Below, piece after piece: positions 10,521 through 20,561 of a DNA stretch of 64,000 nucleotides (the stretch's first letter is position 1; each line of letters begins with the position of its first letter). The stretch spans positions 48,255 through 112,254 of the IMG/VR virus record IMGVR_UViG_3300032229_000759; one strand, 5' to 3'. The stretch comes from a virus. Both the position numbers and the translations under genes were made by a program. The notes below the pieces were generated by a model. The model ran no database searches. It saw only the letters and a list, made by a program, of their open reading frames with translations, and had not been told where the DNA came from.

Positions 10521-10932
10521 TAATCTTTTGAATAACGGCTATGGAATAAACATCATCTTGCATATTTTTGACAACCTCGAAGCCCGACACAGCATGAATA
10601 AAGGACAAGAAATCTGTATTAGTCCAACAAGACTTTAGTCCCAGCACCAACTTAGCAAAATGCTCGCCATTAAAAGTACCAAACTTGATCTTGTGACAAA
10701 TATTTTCTGGATTTAAAAAACGAACAGTTAATGTTCCACCCCTAGTCAATTTTTTAAGAGCTTCTATAAATATAGGATTTCTATCTTCTTGGGGTAATTT
10801 GTCGAGGGTTATAAAATTAATATTTTGAACATAGCCATTAGTAATTTGATTGAGATTACTAACATTAATATTAGAACAACCGTCTACTGAATCTTCTTTA
10901 TCGTCTATTGTGATATTGATTTGATGAATCAT
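10510..10932 (-). CDS. Truncated class I SAM-methyltransferase-like protein
   Basis: LDKL...FIEALKKLTRGGTLTVRF resembles the RVLKPGG.L motif; the GxG motif I is not evident. Confidence 0.4.
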   Translation of the reverse strand: MIHQINITIDDKEDSVDGCSNINVSNLNQITNGYVQNINFITLDKLPQEDRNPIFIEALKKLTRGGTLTVRFLNPENICHKIKFGTFNGEHFAKLVLGLKSCWTNTDFLSFIHAVSGFEVVKNMQDDVYSIAVIQKINEK

Positions 10933-11855
10933 AAAATAAATGCCTTGTTGTTGGTTTGTACAATAACAGAATTAAATACCTTTGCAAAAGATTCGAAACT
11001 AAATTTATTTTTTATACTTATTGAACCATCTTCTGTGTTCTTTGGGTCAAGATTCTGAGTAACAATATTCATTAATTCATTTGGCTCATTAACAAAAACT
11101 AAGTTATCAATATCCCCATACTCTCTATTCACTGCTGGATGAGACATAGTGACGCCCACACAACCAGCAGCCACAGCACATAAAAGATTAATAATATTAT
11201 GTTCAGCTAAATCTATAACTACTTTATAGTGATTGAAAATCTCGTTAAGAGACTTTGTGGACATGCTGAGATTAGTTATAATGTCTCCTGACAAACCAGC
11301 ATTTTTTGCTACGGCAGCAATTTGTTGAGCATACGGCAATCCTTCTGTGTTTATAACTAAAATGTCTTTTGTTCGTTCGTTGAACGGAGATAAACTTTTA
11401 AAGTTTGCTGGTATGCCATAATTGATTAGATAACTATTATCTAGTTTCCATGATTCTTGAGCAGCGCCGGTGAAGAATATTTTAACATCTTTTTTAAGTC
11501 TTTGATTAATAAGTGCTAGATCTTCTTTTTTAATATACGGAGGTCTGATTGAATGAGTGCATAAAATACCGTTTAAATGAAAATTTTTAAATGTATTATT
11601 TTGACTATAACCAATAATATTATTACTTATAGTTAAGTTGTAATTATACAATGTGAGGTCTTTGGGCTCTAGATTGATTAGGTTGGGTATTGATATTGTG
11701 GGCTTGGCCTGAGCATTTACAATATTAAAATACTTATGATGATCTAATGATACCAAGGTATGATCAAAACAATTATTTTGTGGAGCATATAGAATATTAT
11801 ATGGTTCCTGAGTAAATTTTTGTAGTATATTACCCGTAGTAAAACCTAGATACAT
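10929..11855 (-). CDS. Divergent GT-B glycosyltransferase-like protein
   Basis: INYGIP, EIFNHYKVVIDL, LLCAVAAGC and KFSFESF GT4-like C-terminal features with the catalytic Glu lost. Confidence 0.5.
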   Translation of the reverse strand: MYLGFTTGNILQKFTQEPYNILYAPQNNCFDHTLVSLDHHKYFNIVNAQAKPTISIPNLINLEPKDLTLYNYNLTISNNIIGYSQNNTFKNFHLNGILCTHSIRPPYIKKEDLALINQRLKKDVKIFFTGAAQESWKLDNSYLINYGIPANFKSLSPFNERTKDILVINTEGLPYAQQIAAVAKNAGLSGDIITNLSMSTKSLNEIFNHYKVVIDLAEHNIINLLCAVAAGCVGVTMSHPAVNREYGDIDNLVFVNEPNELMNIVTQNLDPKNTEDGSISIKNKFSFESFAKVFNSVIVQTNNKAFIL

Positions 11856-12973
11856 AGACGCTCTCCAATACTATGGTAACTAAATTGATCTATAATACTT
11901 TTACCGACTTCTCTTTTATCGGCAAGTTTTTGTTTCTCTGATTTGTGCATAGCGTAGACGGATCTCATATGCTCTATTAAATTGTACATATCTATTTTAT
12001 ACCAATATTCATGGGCATTATATAAATCAAATTCATTTGTTAGCGGCCTATTATTCAATATAACAGGTGTTTTATGACTTTTGATCAACCAGCCGTTATC
12101 GTTATTAATATAGTCGGTCATACCAGTATTGTTTGTCACAATAGGGGTTTTACCTAGAACCAGTGCTTCTGCTGCTGGTCTACAAAATGCTTCGCCCATA
12201 GAGGGCATTACAAAACAATCTCCAGAGTTATGTAATCCCACGATATCTTTATCGGATAGTCTTTCTGTAATAATTAATTCTTTTTTGTATTTAGTACTAA
12301 TATTAAGTTTTCTTTTTAAATTATCTATGTCTTTTTCGATAACTCGATGAGATTCTGCTGGGCTCATGCCCCCAATACTACTTTTAATAATCAAAGACAC
12401 CGGTTGTGTAATATCAAAAGCCAAATGAAAAGCTGTGACTAAATCCAAAACATTTTTACGTTCATTATATTCCCCTATAAAATAAAATTTAAAGGTTTTA
12501 TCTATAGCAGGATGCAGAGTTAATTTATGAGTTTGATTATTTTTAATAAAGTCTATGTCAAGAGGCTGGGATATAACCCTGATGGGCTTAATGACTCCAG
12601 ACTTTTGTAGACACAATTTTTCTCTGTTGCTAGGTACCCAAACTTCATCCATTTGATTGATATTATTAATACAGGTAGACTGTCCTATGTTATTGGTTTC
12701 TAAGACAAAGAGGCCTATATTTTTTGCATATTTTTTATTGAGAAATAAATTATGGGGCAATACTTTTTGTATAACCACATCGTATTGATCAAAATAAGCA
12801 TTCTCATACGCCAAGATTTGTTCATCTGGTTCGTATTCTGATGGAGCGCTGGTGAAAAAAATGGGCCTAGTAGTGAGATTGTTATACTTAGTGCCCAGGG
12901 CTTTTATATAGCTTTGTGTAGCTAAACCCCACCCATCATTTTGCCTATACGGTCCTACAAATAAAATATTCAT
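11846..12973 (-). CDS. Glycosyltransferase family 4 (GT-B)
   Basis: MNILFVGP, RKN, FVMPSMGEAFCRPAAEA (EX7E). Confidence 0.85.
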   Translation of the reverse strand: MNILFVGPYRQNDGWGLATQSYIKALGTKYNNLTTRPIFFTSAPSEYEPDEQILAYENAYFDQYDVVIQKVLPHNLFLNKKYAKNIGLFVLETNNIGQSTCINNINQMDEVWVPSNREKLCLQKSGVIKPIRVISQPLDIDFIKNNQTHKLTLHPAIDKTFKFYFIGEYNERKNVLDLVTAFHLAFDITQPVSLIIKSSIGGMSPAESHRVIEKDIDNLKRKLNISTKYKKELIITERLSDKDIVGLHNSGDCFVMPSMGEAFCRPAAEALVLGKTPIVTNNTGMTDYINNDNGWLIKSHKTPVILNNRPLTNEFDLYNAHEYWYKIDMYNLIEHMRSVYAMHKSEKQKLADKREVGKSIIDQFSYHSIGERLCI

Positions 12974-14649
12974 TCTTTTATATTTTCTTTCATATGAGCA
13001 TATTGAATAAAGTCTTCATTTTTTAATTCTGGCAAATGATGCTTTGCGTTCTGAGCTAAGTTATTATTATTAATCATATTGTTAAGTACGGCTGTGGCCT
13101 TATCTAGACCGTAGGGTTCTGTTTGTATACCATTAATAGCGAATCCATAGTCTAGGTCACGTATCATATTTAATAGCAATATAGAAGATGCGAACTGGTG
13201 ATGGGGCATATGAGCTGATACCATCTTGGTAACAATATCGTATGGATTTCTATTATTCACAGGTAAAGACTGTAAATCAATACTGTTCAATACGGGAAGA
13301 TTTTCTGCCCATTTTCCTTGTAAACCAACCAATTGTACATTATCAAAATATTTTTCCCATTTTTCAGCAATATGGTCCCAATTATAGTGATCTTCTGTTA
13401 ATTTTCTGGTTTCAAACCGTTTCTGTTCTTTCAGTACGCTGGGCATAGCTTGGTATTCAGATAAAATTTCTATTAAATGGTTATTGTCTGGATATACTCT
13501 AATAGCTTTTGTCTCTAGTTCTTTAAAGCCTTGTCTAATTTTAATCGGATATCCATTGATTTTTCTGACAACATCACTCATCGCACTATAATCAACAGAT
13601 GCTACTGGAACTCCACAAGAGGATGCTTCTACTTGAGGCATGCCGAAGCCTTCGCAAATAGCATATTGCACATAGATATCAAAAAGATTAATCACAACAG
13701 ATAAATTTTGTGAAGAAATGCCTGAACTTACATTAGGCATAGAAAAAGATTTTTGACTACATTTTGGGCAATATGAAACAGGGTGCTGGTATAGGCTGGG
13801 TGCAAAGTATCCACAATTTTTACAACTATAAGTAAATAGTACTCTGTTGCCTACTTTATATTCTTTAAGTAGTTGAGGAATATCCCAACCCGCATCCGGA
13901 TAGCTCGTATGCAAATACAGATAAGTCTTTTCTCCAATAGGATTTTTTTCTCTTTTGAATTTATGGAGTAATCCCTTAAGGCTGGAGAATAATTCTGGTA
14001 CAAGTTTGCGTTTTTGATTACGCATAATACTGCCAATAATAAAGCTGTCCGGATCAAAACCAAAATGTTCTTTAAGACCCGATCTGTTGTCTATAGCTTT
14101 GAATGTATTAAGATCTACGCCGGGAGACGTAGTATCTATGTATCTAATTTTATTATTGCTTTGTTCTAGCAGAGTATCTCTGCCGAAATCTGAGTAAGTA
14201 AAAATAGCGTCGGCGTGTAAGAATGTATCGAGCCATTCTTCTTGTTGTGGGGCAGAATCTACCGTGGGCATCAAGACCCAGTGATAAAATGGTCTTAATG
14301 GAGAGAATTGTTGGTATGAACTCATCCAATAATCTCTGACATCGACTACTATATCGGGCTGAAAATCTAGAAGAACTCTTTCAAATCTCCATCTGCCGAA
14401 TTGATTTTCCATAGAGCTATTATATTCTGAAGCCCTAGGGTCTTTATCGTCAACAGCATTTGCATAATATCTCCAGTGAATACCCACGTCTTTAGGGTCG
14501 TTCACCTTTCCATAAGAAGCAAATTCTGCGATTTCGTACTTACCAGTACGATGCAGCCTTTGCAGTATTTCCCTAGCATAAGTACCAAAACCAGAATTTA
14601 AAAAACTAGCTTCGGAACACATCAAAATTTTAAGTTTGGTTTTAGACAT
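12970..14649 (-). CDS. Glycosyltransferase family 4 with internal Zn-ribbon
   Basis: SGFGTY, RNQKRK, EGFGMPQVEA (EX7E); CKNC..CPKC insertion; probable ATG at 14649. Confidence 0.85.
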   Translation of the reverse strand: MSKTKLKILMCSEASFLNSGFGTYAREILQRLHRTGKYEIAEFASYGKVNDPKDVGIHWRYYANAVDDKDPRASEYNSSMENQFGRWRFERVLLDFQPDIVVDVRDYWMSSYQQFSPLRPFYHWVLMPTVDSAPQQEEWLDTFLHADAIFTYSDFGRDTLLEQSNNKIRYIDTTSPGVDLNTFKAIDNRSGLKEHFGFDPDSFIIGSIMRNQKRKLVPELFSSLKGLLHKFKREKNPIGEKTYLYLHTSYPDAGWDIPQLLKEYKVGNRVLFTYSCKNCGYFAPSLYQHPVSYCPKCSQKSFSMPNVSSGISSQNLSVVINLFDIYVQYAICEGFGMPQVEASSCGVPVASVDYSAMSDVVRKINGYPIKIRQGFKELETKAIRVYPDNNHLIEILSEYQAMPSVLKEQKRFETRKLTEDHYNWDHIAEKWEKYFDNVQLVGLQGKWAENLPVLNSIDLQSLPVNNRNPYDIVTKMVSAHMPHHQFASSILLLNMIRDLDYGFAINGIQTEPYGLDKATAVLNNMINNNNLAQNAKHHLPELKNEDFIQYAHMKENIKE

Positions 14650-14651
14650 AG

Positions 14652-14679
14652 AAAAATGGGGGTGTGTTCGCACCCCCAT
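14652..14679 (-). terminator. Rho-independent terminator downstream of ssb
   Basis: ATGGGGGTG-6nt-CACCCCCAT stem followed by TTTT on the - strand. Confidence 0.7.
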
Positions 14680-14702
14680 CTCTTTTTAGTGCATCTGATG
14701 GA

Positions 14703-15074
14703 TTAGAAACTTACAACTTCTTCATTAACTTCTTTGCTCTTCTTAGATAGCTTAGTAATCTTAGAAAAGTTATTAACTCTAACCTTCAACGAGTTATGCT
14801 TAACTCCATCCTTTTCCCATGAATCATTACGTAATGATCCTTCTACTAGAACCAGATCGCCCTTCTTGAAGGACTGTCCGATAATTTCTGCGCCACTATC
14901 CCATGCTTCACATGGTACAAAAGTTGTTACCTTGTCCTTTTCTCCATTGGACTTGGTATACTCACGAGAAACAGCGACGGTAAAATTAACTACCGCAGTC
15001 TGCTTACCATTAGTATTAACAACACGCATTTCTGGATCACGAGCAAGATTACCACGTAAGATATTAATATTCAT
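14703..15074 (-). CDS. ssb: Single-stranded DNA-binding protein
   Basis: GNLARDPEMR, FTVAV, KGDLVLVEGSL; acidic/F C-terminal tail (EEVVSF); AAGGAG RBS. Confidence 0.93.
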   Translation of the reverse strand: MNINILRGNLARDPEMRVVNTNGKQTAVVNFTVAVSREYTKSNGEKDKVTTFVPCEAWDSGAEIIGQSFKKGDLVLVEGSLRNDSWEKDGVKHNSLKVRVNNFSKITKLSKKSKEVNEEVVSF

Positions 15075-15112
15075 TTATTTCTCCTTGAAAAAAATAACCA
15101 ATGTACTACACT

Positions 15113-15140
15113 ATTATAGGAACCGACGGCCAAGCGTCAA
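15113..15140 (-). promoter_or_regulatory. sigma70-type promoter upstream of ssb
   Basis: TTGACG-N16-TATAAT on the - strand. Confidence 0.7.
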
Positions 15141-16762
15141 GTTTTCGGAATATACGTTTTTTCAACTATGAGAGAGTCTCCAGACTTCGATCTGTTACCC
15201 TTTACTATAACTACGTTGCCTTCAAACAACGTATTTCTATATAGTTTGTACGACTCTGGAAAGAAAACAACAGAATCAACAGAGCCTGTGCCGTCACTCA
15301 TTGTTACGAAAGCCATCTCTAGTCCAGGAGTTTTGCCCGACTTTGTTTTAGTAACACTGATGGCTTCTATTTCTCCGCATAATATAAGATTGTCTTTAAT
15401 CATGCCATTCTTAAAATCTTTACACGTAATATTAGTCATACTTATATCATACATGTCTACCTTAGAGCAGGTCATACTGCACCCTAAAGTTTCATCCTCT
15501 ATATCGGATATCCAATCAGGATTATCTTCTAGAGCGTATGGTGGCTTATTGAAATTATTAATTAAGCCTAAAATTATATTTTTACGATTCTTGTTTGATT
15601 TACCATTATGATATAAATCATATAGTGCATCCCCCAAACTTTTGTATTTATGTGTTTTATCTGTGATAAAAGAACATTCTTTTTTAGTTAGTTCTGACAT
15701 TAAATTAAATTCAAATAACATAGAAGATCTATTTTTATTGAGATAAGAAAGAGCTCCTGCTTGTATGAGAGCTTTTGCCGATGTAGAATTAATGTTTAAT
15801 AATACTTTCATCAGCATATCTATCCATGTCATAAGATCAAAATCTAAAAATTGTTCATCTTTTAATTTAATGAGTTTGTCGAATACGGACTTACCGAAAC
15901 CTTTAATATCTGTTAGTCCAAAATAAATTTTTTCATTCTTTAATATAAAATACTGATTCATGTTTCTAATGTCTGGCAGCCGCACAGAAACATCCATCTC
16001 ATTAGCATTCTGTACTAATTCCTTGATTTCTGCTTTTGGGTCTATTTTATCTTTAGCAAATCTCAAATAGGCCGCAAAAAAAATTCTTGGAAAGTGAGCT
16101 TTTGTGTAAGCTGATAAATAACTATTAACAGCATAACTAACCGCATGACTTTTATTAAAGGAATATCTTTGAGATTTTTCTATCCATCCGAAAATTTCTT
16201 CTGCTTGTGACGATGATACTAGATTTGCTTTTTGTGAGCCCTCTATAAATTTAATTTTAATTTTAGCCATTTCTTCTGGTTTTTTCTTACCGATGGCCTT
16301 ACGCAACATGTCTGCTTCTTGCAAATTAAACCCGGCTACAACTCTGGCAATTTCCATCGCCTGTTCTTGATAAATCATCTCTCCGTATGTAGTTTTTAAA
16401 ACAGGTTCTAAAACTGAGTGGTAATAATCCACTGATTCTAGTCCATTCTTTTTATCTATATAATGATTAGAAACTGTTTTTCCATCTCTAACAGCCTCTA
16501 AACATCCGGGTCTCAAAATACTAATAAGAGCAGAAAGCTGCTCCATGTTTTGGGGTTTTAATTTTTTAGCCATAGACTTACCAAGCCTAGACTCTAGCTG
16601 AAAACACCCCTTGGTATTACCGTCTGATATAAGATCCCAAGTTCTTTGACAATCTAGATCAATGTTTTCTATTTTTGGATCAAAAATCAATTGCGTGATC
16701 TTATCTCCATCCAAAGACACATTAAAAGAACATCCGCAAGGATACTGAAATTTTTTCGACAT
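15137..16762 (-). CDS. dnaE: DNA polymerase III alpha subunit, C-terminal half (fingers/HhH/OB)
   Basis: GCFQLES, LRPG, IYQEQ, ADMLRKAIGKK, YSFNKSHA, FGLTDIKG, MAFVTMSD. Confidence 0.92.
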   Translation of the reverse strand: MSKKFQYPCGCSFNVSLDGDKITQLIFDPKIENIDLDCQRTWDLISDGNTKGCFQLESRLGKSMAKKLKPQNMEQLSALISILRPGCLEAVRDGKTVSNHYIDKKNGLESVDYYHSVLEPVLKTTYGEMIYQEQAMEIARVVAGFNLQEADMLRKAIGKKKPEEMAKIKIKFIEGSQKANLVSSSQAEEIFGWIEKSQRYSFNKSHAVSYAVNSYLSAYTKAHFPRIFFAAYLRFAKDKIDPKAEIKELVQNANEMDVSVRLPDIRNMNQYFILKNEKIYFGLTDIKGFGKSVFDKLIKLKDEQFLDFDLMTWIDMLMKVLLNINSTSAKALIQAGALSYLNKNRSSMLFEFNLMSELTKKECSFITDKTHKYKSLGDALYDLYHNGKSNKNRKNIILGLINNFNKPPYALEDNPDWISDIEDETLGCSMTCSKVDMYDISMTNITCKDFKNGMIKDNLILCGEIEAISVTKTKSGKTPGLEMAFVTMSDGTGSVDSVVFFPESYKLYRNTLFEGNVVIVKGNRSKSGDSLIVEKTYIPKT

Positions 16763-16765
16763 ATA

Positions 16766-17455
16766 TTAGGACCCAAAAGAATCTTTAAACTTTATTTTTT
16801 GACTCAGATTTCTGTGCAACTTAAGGAAACGAATTAATATTTCTGCACAATCTTTTACATCTTTTAGAGCGTCGTGAGCCCCTAATTTAGATATGCCTAA
16901 ATAATCTCTAAGAGTATCTAGTGATAAATTTTTGACATCATTATTGTTTTCAAACCAATAAAAGACCAAATTCATAATATCTAAAACATCTCGTGGATAA
17001 AAAATATCTGATCTGTCTTCTTTATTCACATTACCATATTTACGACTCAAGCGATCTATAATAGGCAAATCAAACCTATTGATATTATATCCCGCAGCGA
17101 TAGGAGCGCTGAACTGACTCTTTTTAGATGATCGAGTATGATGCATCATTAAATAATTGGTAAACAATTTCCATGATTGATCTTGTATTGGATATTCTTT
17201 CCACTCAGATAAAATTTGTTCTTTGGTTGATCCTCTGACCTTAGCATGAAAATCCAGAATATCCGTTTCATAAACATAATTATCATTTTTTTCTAACACT
17301 TCTGGCTTAAAAAAGATATTAAATTCTGAATTAGGCACAATTTCCAACTTAATAGGATCAACAATAACAGCGGCTATTTGTACTGGACTACAACCCCTGG
17401 GATCCGAGCCATCAGTTTCAAAATCAAAAACACATATTTTATTATAGTTAATCAT
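16766..17455 (-). CDS. dnaQ: DEDDh 3'-5' exonuclease (DnaQ/epsilon-like)
   Basis: VFDFETDG, AGYNINRFD, AHDALKDV. Confidence 0.85.
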   Translation of the reverse strand: MINYNKICVFDFETDGSDPRGCSPVQIAAVIVDPIKLEIVPNSEFNIFFKPEVLEKNDNYVYETDILDFHAKVRGSTKEQILSEWKEYPIQDQSWKLFTNYLMMHHTRSSKKSQFSAPIAAGYNINRFDLPIIDRLSRKYGNVNKEDRSDIFYPRDVLDIMNLVFYWFENNNDVKNLSLDTLRDYLGISKLGAHDALKDVKDCAEILIRFLKLHRNLSQKIKFKDSFGS

Positions 17456-17643
17456 TAAGCATTCTCTATTTTTTCTACTTGAATTAGCGGCAGCACCTGT
17501 ATTTTTTGGTCAGAATTAGCAGTTACACAAGCATTAAAACATGTACAACAACTTACTCTTTCTTCTGGTGTTTTAACATATTCTATACCATTCATTTTAA
17601 ATTTAGAACCAACTTCTAGGTCCATAAACTTAACCGTACTCAT
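17455..17643 (-). CDS. Small hypothetical protein (SH3-like, CC motif)
   Basis: 62 aa ORF abutting dnaQ; F.DL.VG..F...G..Y.K pattern, similar in style to 56766..56987. Confidence 0.5.
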   Translation of the reverse strand: MSTVKFMDLEVGSKFKMNGIEYVKTPEERVSCCTCFNACVTANSDQKIQVLPLIQVEKIENA

Positions 17644-17646
17644 ATT

Positions 17647-19521
17647 CTATTCTCCTTTATTAAGCATGTCTGTTATTGTCATAATTTTATCCAACATCGC
17701 TACGCCAAGAATATCGAATTTTATAATTCCCAGAGATTCTAGGTCTTGCATCTCCATTCCGGCTATCATCTGATCGTTTTTTGAATCGTATACCATAGGA
17801 CATAGGGTGTTTAGTGATTGGGCACTTATTGCTATGCCAGCGGCGTGTTTGGATTGATTAGACTTGGTGCCCTCTAATCTTATAGCCTGTTCAAATCTTT
17901 TAGCAAGCGGCCCCTGTAGTTCATTATTATCGTCAATATAACACCATTCTTTGAGTTTTTCTGGCTCATTCTCTAAAGCCCACCTAATAATAGAGGCTTC
18001 CCCAGTCTCCTCTTTCATTTCTTGAAGATCGTCCGCTATTTTAGCTTCGTCTGGAATTCCCTTAGTAATTTTATTCATTTCTTCAAATGAGATATTGCCG
18101 TAAACTCTAAGAACATCTTTTATAGCGCCTCGGCCTTTAATAGTATTGAAAGTAATCATTTGAGATACTTTGTCATGACCATAACACGTTTTAATATATT
18201 CAATAATGTTTTCTCTTTTATTGATAGGTACGTCTACGTCGATATCGGGCATGGAAATATGATCTTTACTATTTCTACCAGCATTATAAAATCTATCAAA
18301 TAAAAGATTATACTTTAATGGGTCTATACTGGTAATACCAATAAGATATGAAACTAAACAACCAGCAGCACTACCTCTACCTGGGCCGGGTAGCCAATTA
18401 TTTTTTCTTACATAGTCCACTATATCTTGCACAATTAAAAAGTAACTAGACAGCCCGGCTCCTTGTAGTACTTCTAGTTCATATTTAATTCTATCGACAT
18501 AAGATACTTGTAATTCTTTATCTATGGCTGGCGCTATTTTATTCTTCCATCCGTGGCGACATAGTTCTCTCAAGTATTCATCAGCAGACATATTATTAGG
18601 ACAGGCAAATGGGGGCAGATTTGGCTTACTGAGTATGTTGTATTCTTCGCACATATCAGTTATAATTCTGGTATTTTCTATTTCTTCTTCTGTGTGCAAA
18701 AAATTCATTTCTTCTTGGGATAGTATATGAAAATTATCCGAAGTAAAAAAACAGCCTAGCGGAACTTCTTCGTCATTACTAATTTTTCTGCTAATTTCCG
18801 GAAAAGTTGTTTTAAGATTATTGCATAATAAAACTCTTTGATCCACAGCATCTTCTTTACGACAATAATGGGCGTCTGGGGTGCCGATAATTTTTGTATT
18901 AGTAAGCTTACTTAGCTCTCTAATAGCATCCGTTAAAATAATCTGTAATGGAGTATTTTCTTTATCCATTAATTGGGCTTCTAGAAAGAAATTCTCTTTA
19001 CCAAATACATTTTGTAACTTACCGATTTCTGTTAATCCAACAGTCTTCCAATCGGGTATAAGCTGATTCTCATGTGTTATTTTATCTGCTAAGTAAGAGC
19101 CTAGATGGCCACAAAACCCAATAATATTGCCAGTTAATAATGAGCCCAAAGTTTCTAAATTAATTCTAGGTTTGTGATAGAAAAAATCTGGACGATTACT
19201 TTCTGAAACTATTTTAATGAGATCCTGCCAACCGGCGTAATTTTTTGCTAAAACAAGAAAGTGACTTAGGTTTTTGTTTTCTTTAGATTGATCTGTAGGG
19301 TCTCCATCACACAAATATAACTCACAACCCAAAATAGGTTTAATATTTTGTTTCTTCATTTCTGCATAGAACTTAACAGCTCCGGCTATATTTCCGTGGT
19401 CTGTTAGGGCACAAGCTGAGGCCCCTATCTCTATGCATCGTTGTGCAATATCTTTGGGTTGTGGTAGGCCGTCCAATAAGCTGTATGTAGAGTGACAATG
19501 GAGGGGATTATAGGTTTTCAT
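17647..19521 (-). CDS. dnaE: DNA polymerase III alpha subunit, N-terminal half (PHP + palm/thumb)
   Basis: HCHSTYSLLDG, TDHG, GPGRGSAAG, MPDIDVD, KHAAG, KFDILG. Confidence 0.93.
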   Translation of the reverse strand: MKTYNPLHCHSTYSLLDGLPQPKDIAQRCIEIGASACALTDHGNIAGAVKFYAEMKKQNIKPILGCELYLCDGDPTDQSKENKNLSHFLVLAKNYAGWQDLIKIVSESNRPDFFYHKPRINLETLGSLLTGNIIGFCGHLGSYLADKITHENQLIPDWKTVGLTEIGKLQNVFGKENFFLEAQLMDKENTPLQIILTDAIRELSKLTNTKIIGTPDAHYCRKEDAVDQRVLLCNNLKTTFPEISRKISNDEEVPLGCFFTSDNFHILSQEEMNFLHTEEEIENTRIITDMCEEYNILSKPNLPPFACPNNMSADEYLRELCRHGWKNKIAPAIDKELQVSYVDRIKYELEVLQGAGLSSYFLIVQDIVDYVRKNNWLPGPGRGSAAGCLVSYLIGITSIDPLKYNLLFDRFYNAGRNSKDHISMPDIDVDVPINKRENIIEYIKTCYGHDKVSQMITFNTIKGRGAIKDVLRVYGNISFEEMNKITKGIPDEAKIADDLQEMKEETGEASIIRWALENEPEKLKEWCYIDDNNELQGPLAKRFEQAIRLEGTKSNQSKHAAGIAISAQSLNTLCPMVYDSKNDQMIAGMEMQDLESLGIIKFDILGVAMLDKIMTITDMLNKGE

Positions 19522-20561
19522 TCAGAGCTTCCGGGTGCTTTGTAGTGTCCTATACTATAGCCTGGAGTTTGGTATTCGTCAATCACAGCTTTTATCCCCT
19601 TTAGGTCTGTGTCGTGTTTTACTTGTTCACACTTGGTCATATATTGGTCTTTAGGGATTAGTTGACCATCTCTATATTCTAGAATTGGCAGTATGGAAGT
19701 ATTGGCAAAAGTGGTTTTACCAAAATGACACAACTTGTTACATTTCCAGCTTTTGTTTAATTGTGGTCTTTGTGTATTTTTAATAATTTCAAATTTTTCT
19801 TTAATCATTAATTCTGTTTTATATAAGTCGCTCTTATCAAAACAAATAGAAAATACTCCGCCATCATTAATGAAATTAATAGATATCATCACATGATCTA
19901 TTTCTGGATACAAATGCTGTATAGCATAATGATACATTCTTAACTGTGGATCATTTTGTAGTTTTTGATGTGTTTTTTCTTCTCCGGTTGCCCAGTCTAA
20001 TCTTCTTCCTGTTTTCCAGTCTATTACTTCTAGAGTCTTGTCGTTAACCTTGGTAATTAAGTCTATAGTGCCCTTAATAGCTAAATTACCCTCTAGTATA
20101 CCTTCTTTAGTATCATATTTATAATATGACCATGGTTTTTTAATTTCTATATCAAAATGTTGTTCAGGCTCTACGATATGTCGATTTCTCGGATCAAACA
20201 TTCCATTGTTATACGTTAGTGCTTTGTGTACCCAGGTATGACAATCTTTATAGTCTTTAATATCCCATTCGTGATGTGTAAACTTGCTAGTATAATACTT
20301 ATATATTTTTTCTGTAATAGTATCTAAATTATATTTTTCAATATTAACCTCTCCAATAATATCGTCTACAAAACTTTTATTTTTATTTTGTTCAGTCAGT
20401 TTGATAAAAGCTAAAATCTCTAAAACCTTATGGCATATGGTTCCCTTGTCTGCTTTTTTATTGGACGGCGATCTTATTCCTAATATATATTCGAAAAAAT
20501 ATTGTTGTGGGCACATAGAGTGGGTGCCATAACTAGATGATCTAAGATAGGTTATTATCAT
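19518..20561 (-). CDS. PD-(D/E)XK exonuclease, Cas4/AddB/RecB-like
   Basis: SS..CPQQY, GTICH, GTIDL, IDWKTG, QLRMY and C-terminal Cys cluster CNKLC..C. Confidence 0.82.
   Translation of the reverse strand: MIITYLRSSSYGTHSMCPQQYFFEYILGIRSPSNKKADKGTICHKVLEILAFIKLTEQNKNKSFVDDIIGEVNIEKYNLDTITEKIYKYYTSKFTHHEWDIKDYKDCHTWVHKALTYNNGMFDPRNRHIVEPEQHFDIEIKKPWSYYKYDTKEGILEGNLAIKGTIDLITKVNDKTLEVIDWKTGRRLDWATGEEKTHQKLQNDPQLRMYHYAIQHLYPEIDHVMISINFINDGGVFSICFDKSDLYKTELMIKEKFEIIKNTQRPQLNKSWKCNKLCHFGKTTFANTSILPILEYRDGQLIPKDQYMTKCEQVKHDTDLKGIKAVIDEYQTPGYSIGHYKAPGSSE

Noticed and set aside
15137-19521. Split intein or self-splicing intron in dnaE
   Set aside because: No C/S-initiated intein N-block after the N-half and no HN-C/S/T junction in the C-half; the intervening DNA encodes ordinary genes
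19518-20561. CRISPR-Cas locus suggested by the Cas4-like nuclease
   Set aside because: No repeat-spacer array or other cas genes; context is replication/recombination
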